The notes: a model not told the origin generated them from the letters alone. A stretch of 46,706 nt of DNA from an uncultured beta proteobacterium (GCA_903840825.1 CAIMHL010000561.1:1-46706); one strand, 5' to 3'; shown: positions 9,347 through 18,701, counted from the stretch's first letter. Numbers and translations: made by a program.

Positions 9347-10630
9347 CTACGTGGTGGCGAGCTGTTCCAAATTTGCCACTGCGCCCGCATAAGCCAGGCC
9401 TGCGGCTACACCGCCGAAGCGGTCGCCGGGCATGAGGGTGGCTTGGGGCATGGCCAATTGCAGGGCGTCCATGAGGGGTTGCAAGGCCGACGAGCCGCCG
9501 GTGAGGTAAACCACATCGACGCTGGTGAGGCCCGAGGCCGCGACGCATTGGAGCGCGCATTGCACCACCTGGTTCAGCGACTCGGCGAGAAACTCGCCCA
9601 TGCTGGGTGGGGTGATGACCGGGTGCAGGGCGCGGTCCAGAAGGTCGAGGTCTACAGTGGCGCCTTCGTGCGATACCGAGAAGTTGATCTTGGACGTCTC
9701 CACATTGGCCAAAATGCGGTGGCCTTGCTGGTCTTCCAGCACGTCAATCAATCGTTTGTGCAGGGTTTGGTCGGCGTAAGACGTCCACAACTCGCGGGCG
9801 AAATGCATGTTTTTGCGAGAGTAGGCGTGGTGAATCAAGTGCCAGGTGGTCAGGTCAAAAAACACGCTGTTGGGCACCAAGCGCCCACTGGGGCCGATGT
9901 GTTTGTAGCCCAAGAGCGGCATGACGTGGCTTAAATTGAGCAGGCGGTCAAAGTCGGTGCCGCCAATGTGCACGCCGGTGGTGGCCAAAATATCGCTGGC
10001 ACGCTCAGTTTTTTTGCGGTGCTTGGGGTCGAGTTGGATCACGGTGAAGTCGGACGTGCCCCCGCCAATGTCCACCACCAGCACCGAGGTCTCCTTGGTG
10101 ATGCGCTGCTCAAAGTCAAACGCGGCTGCTATGGGTTCCAGCTGGAAGTCGATGTGGGTGAAACCGGCCTCCAGGGCGGCACGGCCCAGTGTGGCTTGGG
10201 CCAGGTCGTCGCGCTCACGGTTGTCGTCCACAAAATGCACCGGACGGCCCAGCATCGCGCGGGTAATGGGCTGGCCCAGATGCGCCTCGCTGCGGGCTTT
10301 GAGTTCCTTGAAGAACAGCACCACGATGTCAAAAAAACTGATCGCCTGGCCGTTCACCACCGTCTGCTCGTCCATCAGCTTGCTGCCCAGCAGGCTCTTG
10401 ATGGCGCGCATCAAACGCCCCTCTTCGCCGCTCAGGTAGGCCTGCATGGCCTGGCTGCCGAACGAGGTGGTGTGCGTCTCGTTGGAGAAGAACAGCGCGG
10501 TGGGCATGGCGGCTTTGAGGCCATCCAGCGGCATCACGCACAGCTGGCCATCCGCATCAATCAGGGCGGCAGCCGAATTGGAGGTGCCGAAGTCGATCCC
10601 GAGAACGGGCTCAAAAAATTCTCTTTTCAA
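9347..10630 (-). CDS. yegD: Hsp70-family ATPase, YegD-like
   Basis: GIDFGTSNS, GRPVHFVD, EPIAAA, VDIGGGTSDF, GGTDFD, YLTGGSS; no substrate-binding domain. Confidence 0.85.
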   Translation of the reverse strand: MKREFFEPVLGIDFGTSNSAAALIDADGQLCVMPLDGLKAAMPTALFFSNETHTTSFGSQAMQAYLSGEEGRLMRAIKSLLGSKLMDEQTVVNGQAISFFDIVVLFFKELKARSEAHLGQPITRAMLGRPVHFVDDNRERDDLAQATLGRAALEAGFTHIDFQLEPIAAAFDFEQRITKETSVLVVDIGGGTSDFTVIQLDPKHRKKTERASDILATTGVHIGGTDFDRLLNLSHVMPLLGYKHIGPSGRLVPNSVFFDLTTWHLIHHAYSRKNMHFARELWTSYADQTLHKRLIDVLEDQQGHRILANVETSKINFSVSHEGATVDLDLLDRALHPVITPPSMGEFLAESLNQVVQCALQCVAASGLTSVDVVYLTGGSSALQPLMDALQLAMPQATLMPGDRFGGVAAGLAYAGAVANLEQLATT

Positions 10631-10634
10631 TCGC

Positions 10635-11321
10635 TCAAACCTCGCCCGTGTTGCGTCCCAAAACGCGGGTCAGAAAGGCTGAAATATCCGCCACTTCTTG
10701 TGGATGCACGCTGTGCGGCATGGGGTAGGTGCGCCATTGCACCGGGTAACCCAGCGCGTTGAGCAGGTCGCGCGAAGCCTCGCCTCGGGCCGGAATAACC
10801 ACCGCGTCTTGCGTGCCGTGCGCCATAAAAACGGGGGTGTGGGCGTTGGCCAGAGCCCGCTCGGCGCTCAAGGTTTCAGCCAATGGCAGGTAGCCCGAGA
10901 GCGCCATGATGCCGCCCAGCCGTTGGGGGAATCGCAAGCCGGTGTGCAGCGCCATGGCGCAGCCTTGCGAGAAACCAGCCAGCACGATGTTTTCAGCGGG
11001 AATGCCGAGTGAGATCTCATGCTCGATCAAAGCGTTAATCGCCTGCGCTGAGTGGTGGATGCCCTCGGCGTCTTGGCGGCTGACCAGGTCGGTGCCACGA
11101 ATGTCGTACCAGGCTGGCATGACATAGCCGCCATTGAGGGTCACGGGCATCGTGGGCGCATGGGGAAACACAAAGCGGATGGGCGGGCAGTTGTCCAAGT
11201 CCAGCTCTGGCACCAGGGCGGCAAAGTCGTTGCCGTCAGCACCCAGACCGTGCAGCCAGATCACGGCGGCAGTGGGGTTTGGGGCGCTTTCTATTTGGAT
11301 TCGGGGAAGTAATGTTTTCAT
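10635..11321 (-). CDS. Phospholipase/carboxylesterase (alpha/beta hydrolase)
   Basis: WLHGLGADG, GFSQG nucleophile, HGTQD, MPHSV. Confidence 0.9.
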   Translation of the reverse strand: MKTLLPRIQIESAPNPTAAVIWLHGLGADGNDFAALVPELDLDNCPPIRFVFPHAPTMPVTLNGGYVMPAWYDIRGTDLVSRQDAEGIHHSAQAINALIEHEISLGIPAENIVLAGFSQGCAMALHTGLRFPQRLGGIMALSGYLPLAETLSAERALANAHTPVFMAHGTQDAVVIPARGEASRDLLNALGYPVQWRTYPMPHSVHPQEVADISAFLTRVLGRNTGEV

Positions 11322-11354
11322 GGCGGGCAAGTGTACCGACTAGCGGCCTCTTTT

Positions 11355-12554
11355 TTATTGACCGTAGCGCTTAATCCACTCACGTTCCAGCGCGCTGGTC
11401 CAGCTGCCGTGGGGCTCGGGCAGCGTGGGCGTGAATTTTTCAACCTGGCCGGGTTGGCGCCCTGAGGTGAACAAAGCCTGGTCGGCGCTGGGGAGTTTGG
11501 AGATATCCAGCACAGTGGGGTCGCCCCACTGGGCAATGTCGGCTTTGCGCGCCTGCGCCTCGGGGCTGAGCAAAAAGTTGGCCACGACCTGCGCGCCAGC
11601 ATGAGCTGTTGCGTTGAAAGGAATAGCCAAAAAGTGCGTGTTGCCGATCGTGCCCTTGCTAAATTGATAGCTGGCTACGGATGCTGCCATTCGCTTGGCG
11701 GCTATTTCGTTGGCGGCTTCGTTGGGGTTGAAGGTGAAGCCTAGCAGCAGTTCTCCATCGGCCATCATCTGGCGCAGTGCCCCGGCGTTGTTGGGAAACT
11801 GCTTGCCTGCGCGCCACAAATGGGGGTGCAAGGCGTCCAAAAAAGCCCACAGCGGGGTGCCTGCTTTGGCCAAAGCCTCAGGGGTGGCGGGCTTGTAAAG
11901 GGCGCTTGTGTTGGTGTTGACTTCAAGCAGTGCTTGCTTGAGGAAGGTGGCGCCCATGAAGTCGGGCACGCGCGGGTAGGTGATGCGCCCGGCGTTCGCT
12001 TTGGCAAATGCCAGCAGCTCAACCATGCTTTGTGGGGGCTTGGGCACGCGCTTGGTGTCTGCGTAAAACGTGAGTTGCGCCATGCCCCAAGGAGCTTCCA
12101 TACCTTCAACCGGCTCCGAGAAGTCCAGGCGGGTGGTGGGCTTGCCCAGTACATCCACAAAAGCAAAATTGGGCAAGCTCTCGGCAAACGGGCCAAAGAG
12201 CAGCTTTTCGCGCTTCATGGACAAGAAGTTTTCACCGTTGATCCAAACCAGATCGACTGAGCCTTCGCTCAATTTGCCCGCTGTTTTCTCAATGCGCACG
12301 CGCTTGACTACTTCAGCGGTGTCGGTGATTTTGACGTGGACCAGCGTCACGCCCAAGCGCTTTTGTACCTGGTCGCCTGCCCACTGCAGGTAGGTGTTGA
12401 TATTTTGGCTACCCGCCCAGGCGTTGAAGTAAACGGTTTGGCCGCGTGCTTTTTTTTCTATGGCGGGCCAGGTGGCGGTTTGCGCTTGCAAAGGTGAGGT
12501 CAGTGCCGCGCCTGCCAAGAGCAGGGTTTGGCGGCGTGTGAGGGTGAAGTTCAT
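11355..12554 (-). CDS. ynjB: ABC transporter substrate-binding protein, YnjB-like, Tat-type signal
   Basis: TRRQTLL signal; ARGQTVYFNAWAGS, VDLVWINGENF, IGNTHFLAIPFN, WGDPTVL; start overlaps the ftsY stop (ATGA). Confidence 0.85.
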   Translation of the reverse strand: MNFTLTRRQTLLLAGAALTSPLQAQTATWPAIEKKARGQTVYFNAWAGSQNINTYLQWAGDQVQKRLGVTLVHVKITDTAEVVKRVRIEKTAGKLSEGSVDLVWINGENFLSMKREKLLFGPFAESLPNFAFVDVLGKPTTRLDFSEPVEGMEAPWGMAQLTFYADTKRVPKPPQSMVELLAFAKANAGRITYPRVPDFMGATFLKQALLEVNTNTSALYKPATPEALAKAGTPLWAFLDALHPHLWRAGKQFPNNAGALRQMMADGELLLGFTFNPNEAANEIAAKRMAASVASYQFSKGTIGNTHFLAIPFNATAHAGAQVVANFLLSPEAQARKADIAQWGDPTVLDISKLPSADQALFTSGRQPGQVEKFTPTLPEPHGSWTSALEREWIKRYGQ

Positions 12555-13654
12555 GATAGCAAGGCCTGCGTAAATTCGCGGGCATTAAAGGTTTCCAGGT
12601 CTTCGAGCTTTTCGCCCACGCCGACGAAATACACCGGAATAGGCCGCTCGCGGGCAATCGCTGCCAGCACGCCGCCTTTGGCGGTGCCGTCCAGTTTGGT
12701 GACGATCAGGCCGGTCAGCGTCAAGGCGTCGTCAAACGCCTTAACTTGGGCGAGGGCGTTTTGCCCGGTGTTGCCGTCAATGACCAGCAGCACCTCGTGC
12801 GGGGCAGTGACGTCGGCTTTTTGCACTACGCGCTTGATTTTTTGCAGCTCGGCCATCAGGTGCAACTGCGTGGGCAAGCGCCCGGCGGTGTCTACGAGCA
12901 CCACGTCTCGGCCCCGGGCTTGGCCCGCTTTGACGGCGTCAAAACTCACGGCTGCGGGGTCGCCGCCCTCCTGGCTGATGATGTCTACGGTGGTGCGTTC
13001 GGCCCAGGCGCTCAGTTGCTCACGCGCCGCAGCGCGAAAGGTGTCGGCCGCGGCCAGCAACACGCTGGTGCCTTGGTTGGACAGGTGGCAGGTAAGCTTG
13101 CCGATGGTGGTGGTTTTGCCCGCGCCATTTACCCCGGCCACCATCATCACGGTGGGCTTGTGCTGGCCGATAACCAGTTGTTTCTCCAGCGGGCGTAGCA
13201 GTTCGGTGAGTGATTCAATAAGGAGCGCTTTGACGGCGCTGGGCTCGGTGGCTTTGGTCTCTTTGACCCGGCGTTTGAGGTCAAGCAACAAGTGCTCAGT
13301 GGCTTTGATGCCGGTGTCAGCCATCAAAAGCGCAGATTCCAGGTCTTCATACAGCGCATCGTCAATCAGGGTTCCGGTAAAGACGGTGGCAATGCTGCTG
13401 CCGGTCTTGCGCAGACCGATTTTCAGCTTCTCCAGCCAGCTTTTGCGCTCGGGCACGGGCACGGGCACGGGTGCGGGTGCAGGTGCAGGTGCAGGTGCGG
13501 GAGGCGCTGCTGCCGGCTGTGAGGCGGGGTCCGAAACAGGGGAGGCAGCTCCCGGCAGGACCGCGTGGACGGGCGGCGTTGGCGCAGGGTCTGGCACCTG
13601 AGTTTCAGAGGGCGCAGAAGTTATTAGGGGCTTTTTTTTGAAAAAACTGAACAT
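12551..13654 (-). CDS. ftsY: Signal recognition particle receptor FtsY
   Basis: GVNGAGKTTTIGKL, DTFRAAA, DTAGR, TKLDGTAKGG; MFSFFKKK start; Pro/Ala linker. Confidence 0.97.
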   Translation of the reverse strand: MFSFFKKKPLITSAPSETQVPDPAPTPPVHAVLPGAASPVSDPASQPAAAPPAPAPAPAPAPVPVPVPERKSWLEKLKIGLRKTGSSIATVFTGTLIDDALYEDLESALLMADTGIKATEHLLLDLKRRVKETKATEPSAVKALLIESLTELLRPLEKQLVIGQHKPTVMMVAGVNGAGKTTTIGKLTCHLSNQGTSVLLAAADTFRAAAREQLSAWAERTTVDIISQEGGDPAAVSFDAVKAGQARGRDVVLVDTAGRLPTQLHLMAELQKIKRVVQKADVTAPHEVLLVIDGNTGQNALAQVKAFDDALTLTGLIVTKLDGTAKGGVLAAIARERPIPVYFVGVGEKLEDLETFNAREFTQALLS

Positions 13655-13683
13655 TGGGTGGGTTCTTAGAATCACACCATTCT

Positions 13684-15108
13684 ATGAAAACCCCCACACA
13701 CCGACTTATTTCCCGCCCATTGGGCCTTTTTGCACTGCTTTTAGGACTAGGTCTGGGGGCTGGCGCCCAGACACCAGCGCCTACAAAAGTTGAGCAATTC
13801 ACCTTGGCCAATGGCCTCACGGTACTTGTCAAACCTGACCGCCGCGCCCCCACCGCCGTGCACATGCTCTGGTTGCGCGTGGGCGCCATGGACGAGGTGG
13901 ACGGCACCTCTGGCGTGGCGCATGTACTGGAACACATGCTCTTTAAGGGCACCAAAACCATGAAGCCGGGTGAGTTTTCGCGTCAGGTGGCGTCTTTGGG
14001 GGGGCGTGAAAATGCCTTTACCGGCAAAGACTACACCGGCTACTACCAGCAAATACCGGCCGGGCGGCTCGAAGATGTGATGCGCCTAGAGGCCGACCGC
14101 TTTGCCCACAACCAGTGGAGCGACGACGAGTTTAAAAAAGAACTCGAAGTGGTCAAGGAAGAACGCCGCCTGCGCACCGAAGACAGCCCCCGCGCCCTGA
14201 TGGGTGAGACGCTTTTGGCCACCACCTTTGTCGCCTCGCCTTACCGCCGCCCCATCGTGGGCTGGATGAGCGACCTGGACGCCATGACGCCCGACGATGC
14301 TCGCACCTTTTACAAACGCTGGTACGTGCCCGCCAACGCAGCGGTGGTGGTAGCCGGTGATGTGGACATGGCCCAGGTGAAGCTTTGGGCTGAAAAATAC
14401 TACGGCGTGGTGCCCGCAGGCCCGATCTCGGCCCGCAAACCGCGCCTGGAGCCGCTGCAAACAGGCGTGCGCCGGGTTGATTTCAAGGCCCCTGCCGAGC
14501 AGGCTTATGTCTCGATGGCCTTCAAAGTGCCTAGCTTGCAAACCGTGGACGCTGCCAAATCCACTGCTGATGACCGCGATGCGCTGGCCCTGACCGTGCT
14601 GTCTGCGGTGTTGGACGGCTACAGCGGCGCCCGGTTGGAGCGGGCCTTGACCCAAGGCGATCAACGTGTAGCCGACAGCGCCGGGGCCTACAACGGTTTG
14701 TGGGGCCGCGGTCCTCAGCTTTTCATGCTCTATGGTGTGCCGGCAGCGGGTAAAACCGCAGCCGGGGTTGAAGCGGCCTTGCGTGCCGAAGTGGCCCGCA
14801 TTGCCAAAGAAGGTGTGACCGAGGCCGAGTTGAACCGCGTGAAAACCCAATGGGTGGCCAGCGAGGTGTACAAACTTGACTCGGTGTTTAACCAAGCCCG
14901 CGAACTGGGCGGCTACTGGGTACAGGGCTTGCCGCCTGATGCTGGCGCGCAACTGATGCTGCGTTTGCGCGATGTCACCGCTCAGCAAGTGCAGGCAGTG
15001 GCTGCCACCTACTTTGGCGACGACCAGCTCACTGTGGCCGTGCTGCAACCGCAACCCTTGGATAAAACCCGCAAGCCCCGCCAGCCGCTGTTGGGCGCGC
15101 GTCACTAA
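13684..15108 (+). CDS. M16 zinc metallopeptidase, catalytic subunit
   Basis: GVAHVLEHMLFKGT (HxxEH), ENAFT, VVKEERR; signal peptide. Confidence 0.93.
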   Translation: MKTPTHRLISRPLGLFALLLGLGLGAGAQTPAPTKVEQFTLANGLTVLVKPDRRAPTAVHMLWLRVGAMDEVDGTSGVAHVLEHMLFKGTKTMKPGEFSRQVASLGGRENAFTGKDYTGYYQQIPAGRLEDVMRLEADRFAHNQWSDDEFKKELEVVKEERRLRTEDSPRALMGETLLATTFVASPYRRPIVGWMSDLDAMTPDDARTFYKRWYVPANAAVVVAGDVDMAQVKLWAEKYYGVVPAGPISARKPRLEPLQTGVRRVDFKAPAEQAYVSMAFKVPSLQTVDAAKSTADDRDALALTVLSAVLDGYSGARLERALTQGDQRVADSAGAYNGLWGRGPQLFMLYGVPAAGKTAAGVEAALRAEVARIAKEGVTEAELNRVKTQWVASEVYKLDSVFNQARELGGYWVQGLPPDAGAQLMLRLRDVTAQQVQAVAATYFGDDQLTVAVLQPQPLDKTRKPRQPLLGARH

Positions 15109-15127
15109 ACCCTTGTTTTTGTCCCTT

Positions 15128-16495
15128 ATGAATACTCTTAAAACAATAGCTTCTCTAGCACGCTGTACGGCGCTTTCAGGTCTATTTCTTGTAAATTTAG
15201 CTTGGGCTGGCATTCCCATAGAGCACTGGACACAGCCCTCGGGCGTGCAGGTGTTTCTGGCCAATAGCCCCGGCATTCCCATGGTGGATGTGCAAATTGA
15301 CTTTGACGCCGGCAGCCGCCGTGACCCCGTGCTGCAAGCTGGCCTGGCCAGCCTCACGGCCAGCATGGCCGCCAAAGGCCTACGCGCTGGTGCCGATGGT
15401 GCCCCGGCGTTGGATGAAAACACCTTGGGCGAAGCCTGGGCTGACCTCGGCGCCTCTTTTGGCGGTGGCGCGGGCAACGACCGCATGAGCTTCTCCCTGC
15501 GCTCCCTGACCTACCCCGACCTGCTTACCAAAGCCACCCAGCTGGCGGCCCGTCAACTCGGCGAGCCCGCCTTCCCCGAAGCCATTTGGGCGCGTGAACG
15601 CAGCACCCTCAACGCCGCACTCAAAGAGGCCAACACCCGCCCGGCTACTTTGGTGGCGCGGGCCTTCAATGCCGCGGTTTATGGCCAGCACCCCTACGGT
15701 TTCGAGATGACCGAGGCCACCCTAGCCCGTATTAATGTGGCCGATATGCAGACTTTTTACCGCACGATGGTGCAACCCTGCCGAGCCGTCGTGACGGTGG
15801 TGGGTGCCGTTGACCGGGTGCAGGCTGACGCGCTGGTCAGCACCTTGTTTGCCCGTCTGGCCTTGTCTCAGGCCGCCAGCCAACCCGGCGCTTGCCCGGC
15901 CTTGCCCGTTGTGGGTGAAGTGGTTGCCTTGGAAAAGCCGCAAGACCTGCGCATCGCCTTTGACTCAGCCCAGGCCCATGTGCTGATCGGTCAACCTGGC
16001 TACAAGCGTAATGACCCTGACTTCTTTGCCCTCACGGTGGGCAACTACATTTTGGGTGGTGGCGGCTTTGTCTCGCGCTTAACCCATGAGGTGCGGGAAA
16101 AACGCGGCCTGAGCTACAGCGTGTACAGCTTCTTTGCGCCTGGCCTGCACGCCGGTGCGTTCACCCTGGGTCTGCAAACCCGGCCCGACCAGGCGGCCCA
16201 AGCGGTCAAGGTTTCCAAAGACGTGGTGGCCGAATTCGTCGCCAACGGTCCGCTTGATGCCGAACTCAAAGCCGCCAAAGACAACCTGATGGGCGGCTTT
16301 GCTCTGCGCGTGGACAGCAACCGCAAACTGCTCGACAACATCGCCAACATCGCCTGGAACCAGCTCCCCCTCAACTACCTCGACACCTGGACCCAGCAGA
16401 TCGAGAGGGTGAGCGCCGCCGACATCAAGGCCGCCTTTGCACGCAAATTGCAGCCGCAAAAAATGGTGACGGTGGTGCTGGGGGCGGGGGAGTAA
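15128..16495 (+). CDS. M16 peptidase, non-catalytic partner subunit
   Basis: Lacks HxxEH; has GGGFVSRLTHEVREKRGLSYSV; signal peptide. Confidence 0.9.
   Translation: MNTLKTIASLARCTALSGLFLVNLAWAGIPIEHWTQPSGVQVFLANSPGIPMVDVQIDFDAGSRRDPVLQAGLASLTASMAAKGLRAGADGAPALDENTLGEAWADLGASFGGGAGNDRMSFSLRSLTYPDLLTKATQLAARQLGEPAFPEAIWARERSTLNAALKEANTRPATLVARAFNAAVYGQHPYGFEMTEATLARINVADMQTFYRTMVQPCRAVVTVVGAVDRVQADALVSTLFARLALSQAASQPGACPALPVVGEVVALEKPQDLRIAFDSAQAHVLIGQPGYKRNDPDFFALTVGNYILGGGGFVSRLTHEVREKRGLSYSVYSFFAPGLHAGAFTLGLQTRPDQAAQAVKVSKDVVAEFVANGPLDAELKAAKDNLMGGFALRVDSNRKLLDNIANIAWNQLPLNYLDTWTQQIERVSAADIKAAFARKLQPQKMVTVVLGAGE
15134..15196 (+). repeat. 63-bp dispersed motif copy E3
   Basis: ACTCTTAAAACAATAGC-TTCTCTAGCA...GGTCTATTTCTTGTAAAT; encodes TLKTIASLARCTALSGLFLVN. 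Confidence 0.8.
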
Positions 16496-16500
16496 AAATT

Positions 16501-16520
16501 AATTGGAATCTGACCCCCAT
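16501..16520 (+). repeat. Single REP-like arm
   Basis: AATTGGAATCTGACCCCCAT, 18/20 identical to the arm at 9312-9331. Confidence 0.65.
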
Positions 16521-16572
16521 TAGAGAAGCGGGTTGATGCAGAATCATTAGCGAGTTCAAGATTGGAGTAAAT

Positions 16573-16791
16573 ATGAACAGGATTACCTTGGAGCCTGGAA
16601 AGCGGGGCGGTAGGCCATGCATACGTGGTCTGCGGATTACTGTCTACGACGTACTGTCTATGTTGTCCAGTGGAATGTCGCAGCAAGAAATTCTGCAAGA
16701 CTTTCCGGCGCTGGAGCCTGAGGATGTGTTGGCGGTTTTGGCGTTTGCAGCGGATCGCGAGCACAAGGTTTTCTCGCTTGCTGTGCAATGA
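16573..16791 (+). CDS. DUF433 antitoxin
   Basis: PGKRGGRPCIRGLRITVYDVL...EILQDFPALEPEDVLAVLAFAA; GGAG RBS. Confidence 0.9.
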   Translation: MNRITLEPGKRGGRPCIRGLRITVYDVLSMLSSGMSQQEILQDFPALEPEDVLAVLAFAADREHKVFSLAVQ

Positions 16792-17129
16792 AATTCTTGT
16801 TGGATGACAATCTTTCCCGCAGGTTGGTCCCGTTCCTTCAGCATGACTACCCAGGAAGCACGCAAGTCGTGCTTCTGGCACTTGAAGCGGCGTCAGACAG
16901 TGTGGTTTGGCACACAGCCAAAGACCATGATTGTGTCATCGTCACGCGTGATGCAGATTTCCAAGAACTTTCATTGGTCTGGGGCCAACCTCCAAAGGTC
17001 ATTTGGCTCAAGACCAAAAATCAGTCGCGGGCAGCTACTCTCAAGATACTCCTGGATCATCGGCTGATGATTGAGGATGCTTTGTTGATTCGCGGGCAAG
17101 CTTGTATTGAGGTGTCAGATTCAGTGTGA
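16788..17129 (+). CDS. DUF5615 PIN-like toxin
   Basis: MKFLLDDNLS, IVTRDADF, PPKVIWL; ATGA overlap with the antitoxin. Confidence 0.9.
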   Translation: MKFLLDDNLSRRLVPFLQHDYPGSTQVVLLALEAASDSVVWHTAKDHDCVIVTRDADFQELSLVWGQPPKVIWLKTKNQSRAATLKILLDHRLMIEDALLIRGQACIEVSDSV

Positions 17130-17181
17130 TGGCGTTGCGCATTAACCCCTGCGCAACTGGGCTAGTTAACAATATCCTCCA

Positions 17182-18471
17182 ATGAACCCAGCCAACAGCA
17201 TCCACGCCCCTCTGGCCGAGCGCCTGCGCCCCAAGCGCCTGAGTGAGGTGGTGGGGCAGCAGCATTTGCTGGGTGAAGGCATGGCGCTGCGCCTGGCTTT
17301 TGAGTCGGGCCAGCCGCACAGCTGCATTTTGTGGGGGCCGCCGGGCACGGGCAAAACGACGATTGCGCGCTTGATGGCGTCGGCGTTTGAGGCGCAGTTC
17401 ATTTCTATTAGCGCCACGCTGGGCGGTGTCAAAGACATCCGTGAGGCGGTGGAGCTGGCCAAGCTGGCGCTGGCCCAAGGCCGCCGCACCCTCGTGTTTG
17501 TCGATGAAGTTCATCGTTTCAACAAGAGTCAGCAAGACGCTTTTTTGCCCCATGTGGAAAGCGGGCTGCTCACCTTCATCGGTGCCACCACGGAGAACCC
17601 TTCCTTCGAGGTCAATTCCGCGCTGCTGTCCCGGGCGGCGGTGTATGTGTTGCAGGCCTTGACGCCGCAAGATTTAGAGCAAATAGTGGTCCTGGCCCAA
17701 TCTCAGAAAGCTATATCAGCTATAGAAAAAATAGCGGTTGATCGGCTCGTGGCCTATGCCGATGGCGACGCCCGCAGGCTTCTCAACACGTTGGAAACGC
17801 TGGCTGTGGCCGCGAACCAGGAAAAACTCACCGAGATCACCGATGTCTGGCTGCTAAAGGTCTTGGGCGAGCGCATGCGCCGCTATGACAAAGGGGGCGA
17901 GCAGTTTTATGACACCATCAGCGCCCTGCACAAATCCGTGCGCGGTAGCGACCCCGATGCCGCCCTGTATTGGTTCACCCGCATGCTCGATGGTGGCGCC
18001 GACCCCCGCTACATGGCGCGCCGATTAATACGCATGGCCAGCGAAGACATCGGTTTGGCCGATCCCCGGGCTTTACGTCTGGCGCTGGATGCCGCTGATG
18101 TTTACGAGCGCCTTGGCACGCCCGAAGGTGAGTTGGCGCTGGCGGAGTGTGTGGTGTATCTGGCGGTGGCGGCCAAGTCGAATGCGGTTTACAAGGCGTT
18201 CAACGAAGTTAAAGCCTTCATCAAAAAAGACGGTACCCGCCCGGTGCCCATGCACCTGCGCAATGCTCCCACCAAGCTCATGAAAGAGTTGGACTATGGC
18301 AAGGGCTACCGTTACGCCCACGATGAAGAGGGTGGTTTTGCCGCCGGTGAGCACTATTTGCCCGATGGCATGACCAGCCCGGGCTTTTACCGCCCGGTGG
18401 AGCGCGGGCTCGAGATCAAAATTTCTGACAAGCTGAGGCAGCTTAAAAAGCGCAATAATCAGCAAAACTGA
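17182..18471 (+). CDS. rarA: Replication-associated recombination protein A (RarA/MgsA)
   Basis: [53 protein letters not shown]. Confidence 0.97.
   Translation: MNPANSIHAPLAERLRPKRLSEVVGQQHLLGEGMALRLAFESGQPHSCILWGPPGTGKTTIARLMASAFEAQFISISATLGGVKDIREAVELAKLALAQGRRTLVFVDEVHRFNKSQQDAFLPHVESGLLTFIGATTENPSFEVNSALLSRAAVYVLQALTPQDLEQIVVLAQSQKAISAIEKIAVDRLVAYADGDARRLLNTLETLAVAANQEKLTEITDVWLLKVLGERMRRYDKGGEQFYDTISALHKSVRGSDPDAALYWFTRMLDGGADPRYMARRLIRMASEDIGLADPRALRLALDAADVYERLGTPEGELALAECVVYLAVAAKSNAVYKAFNEVKAFIKKDGTRPVPMHLRNAPTKLMKELDYGKGYRYAHDEEGGFAAGEHYLPDGMTSPGFYRPVERGLEIKISDKLRQLKKRNNQQN
17673..17735 (-). repeat. 63-bp dispersed motif copy E4 (antisense within rarA)
   Basis: GCTATTTTTTCTATAGC-TGATATAGCT...ACCACTATTTGCTCTAAA. 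Confidence 0.8.
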
Positions 18472-18650
18472 TGCAAGTCAACACTTGCTGATACTGGTTT
18501 TGGCTAGGGTAAACCCCGCTAGGTGAAAGGCCATCGCCGCAGGTGCGGTGGCTACAATCGCGGTCACTCAACTGACACATGTGCTGAATAAGCACCGTGT
18601 TGGCAGGTTTATTGCTAAAGAATTGCACCAGCTCACAAGGCCGCGCCGCT

Positions 18651-18669
18651 CATCAGCAAGTTGCTGATG
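18651..18669. promoter_or_regulatory. Perfect 19-bp palindrome upstream of livH (candidate operator)
   Basis: CATCAGCAA-G-TTGCTGATG, 32 nt before ATG 18702. Confidence 0.5.
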
Positions 18670-18701
18670 CCCCAAGCGCCGGTCAAAAATCGGAGATAAA
18701 T

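Noticed and set aside
13451-13500. Hexamer tandem repeats (GGGCAC, GGTGCA)
   Set aside because: Encode the ordinary Pro-Ala/Pro-Val linker of FtsY
12528-13601. 357-aa plus-strand ORF with GAGAG repeat
   Set aside because: Antisense of ftsY
14086-15486. 466-aa minus-strand ORF
   Set aside because: Antisense shadow of the M16 peptidases
17034-17050. GCTA-N9-TACT as another 63-bp motif copy (similar partial hits near 12544, 27898, 30552, 31461, 44513)
   Set aside because: Only the core or half-core matches; 3' arm absent or out of register
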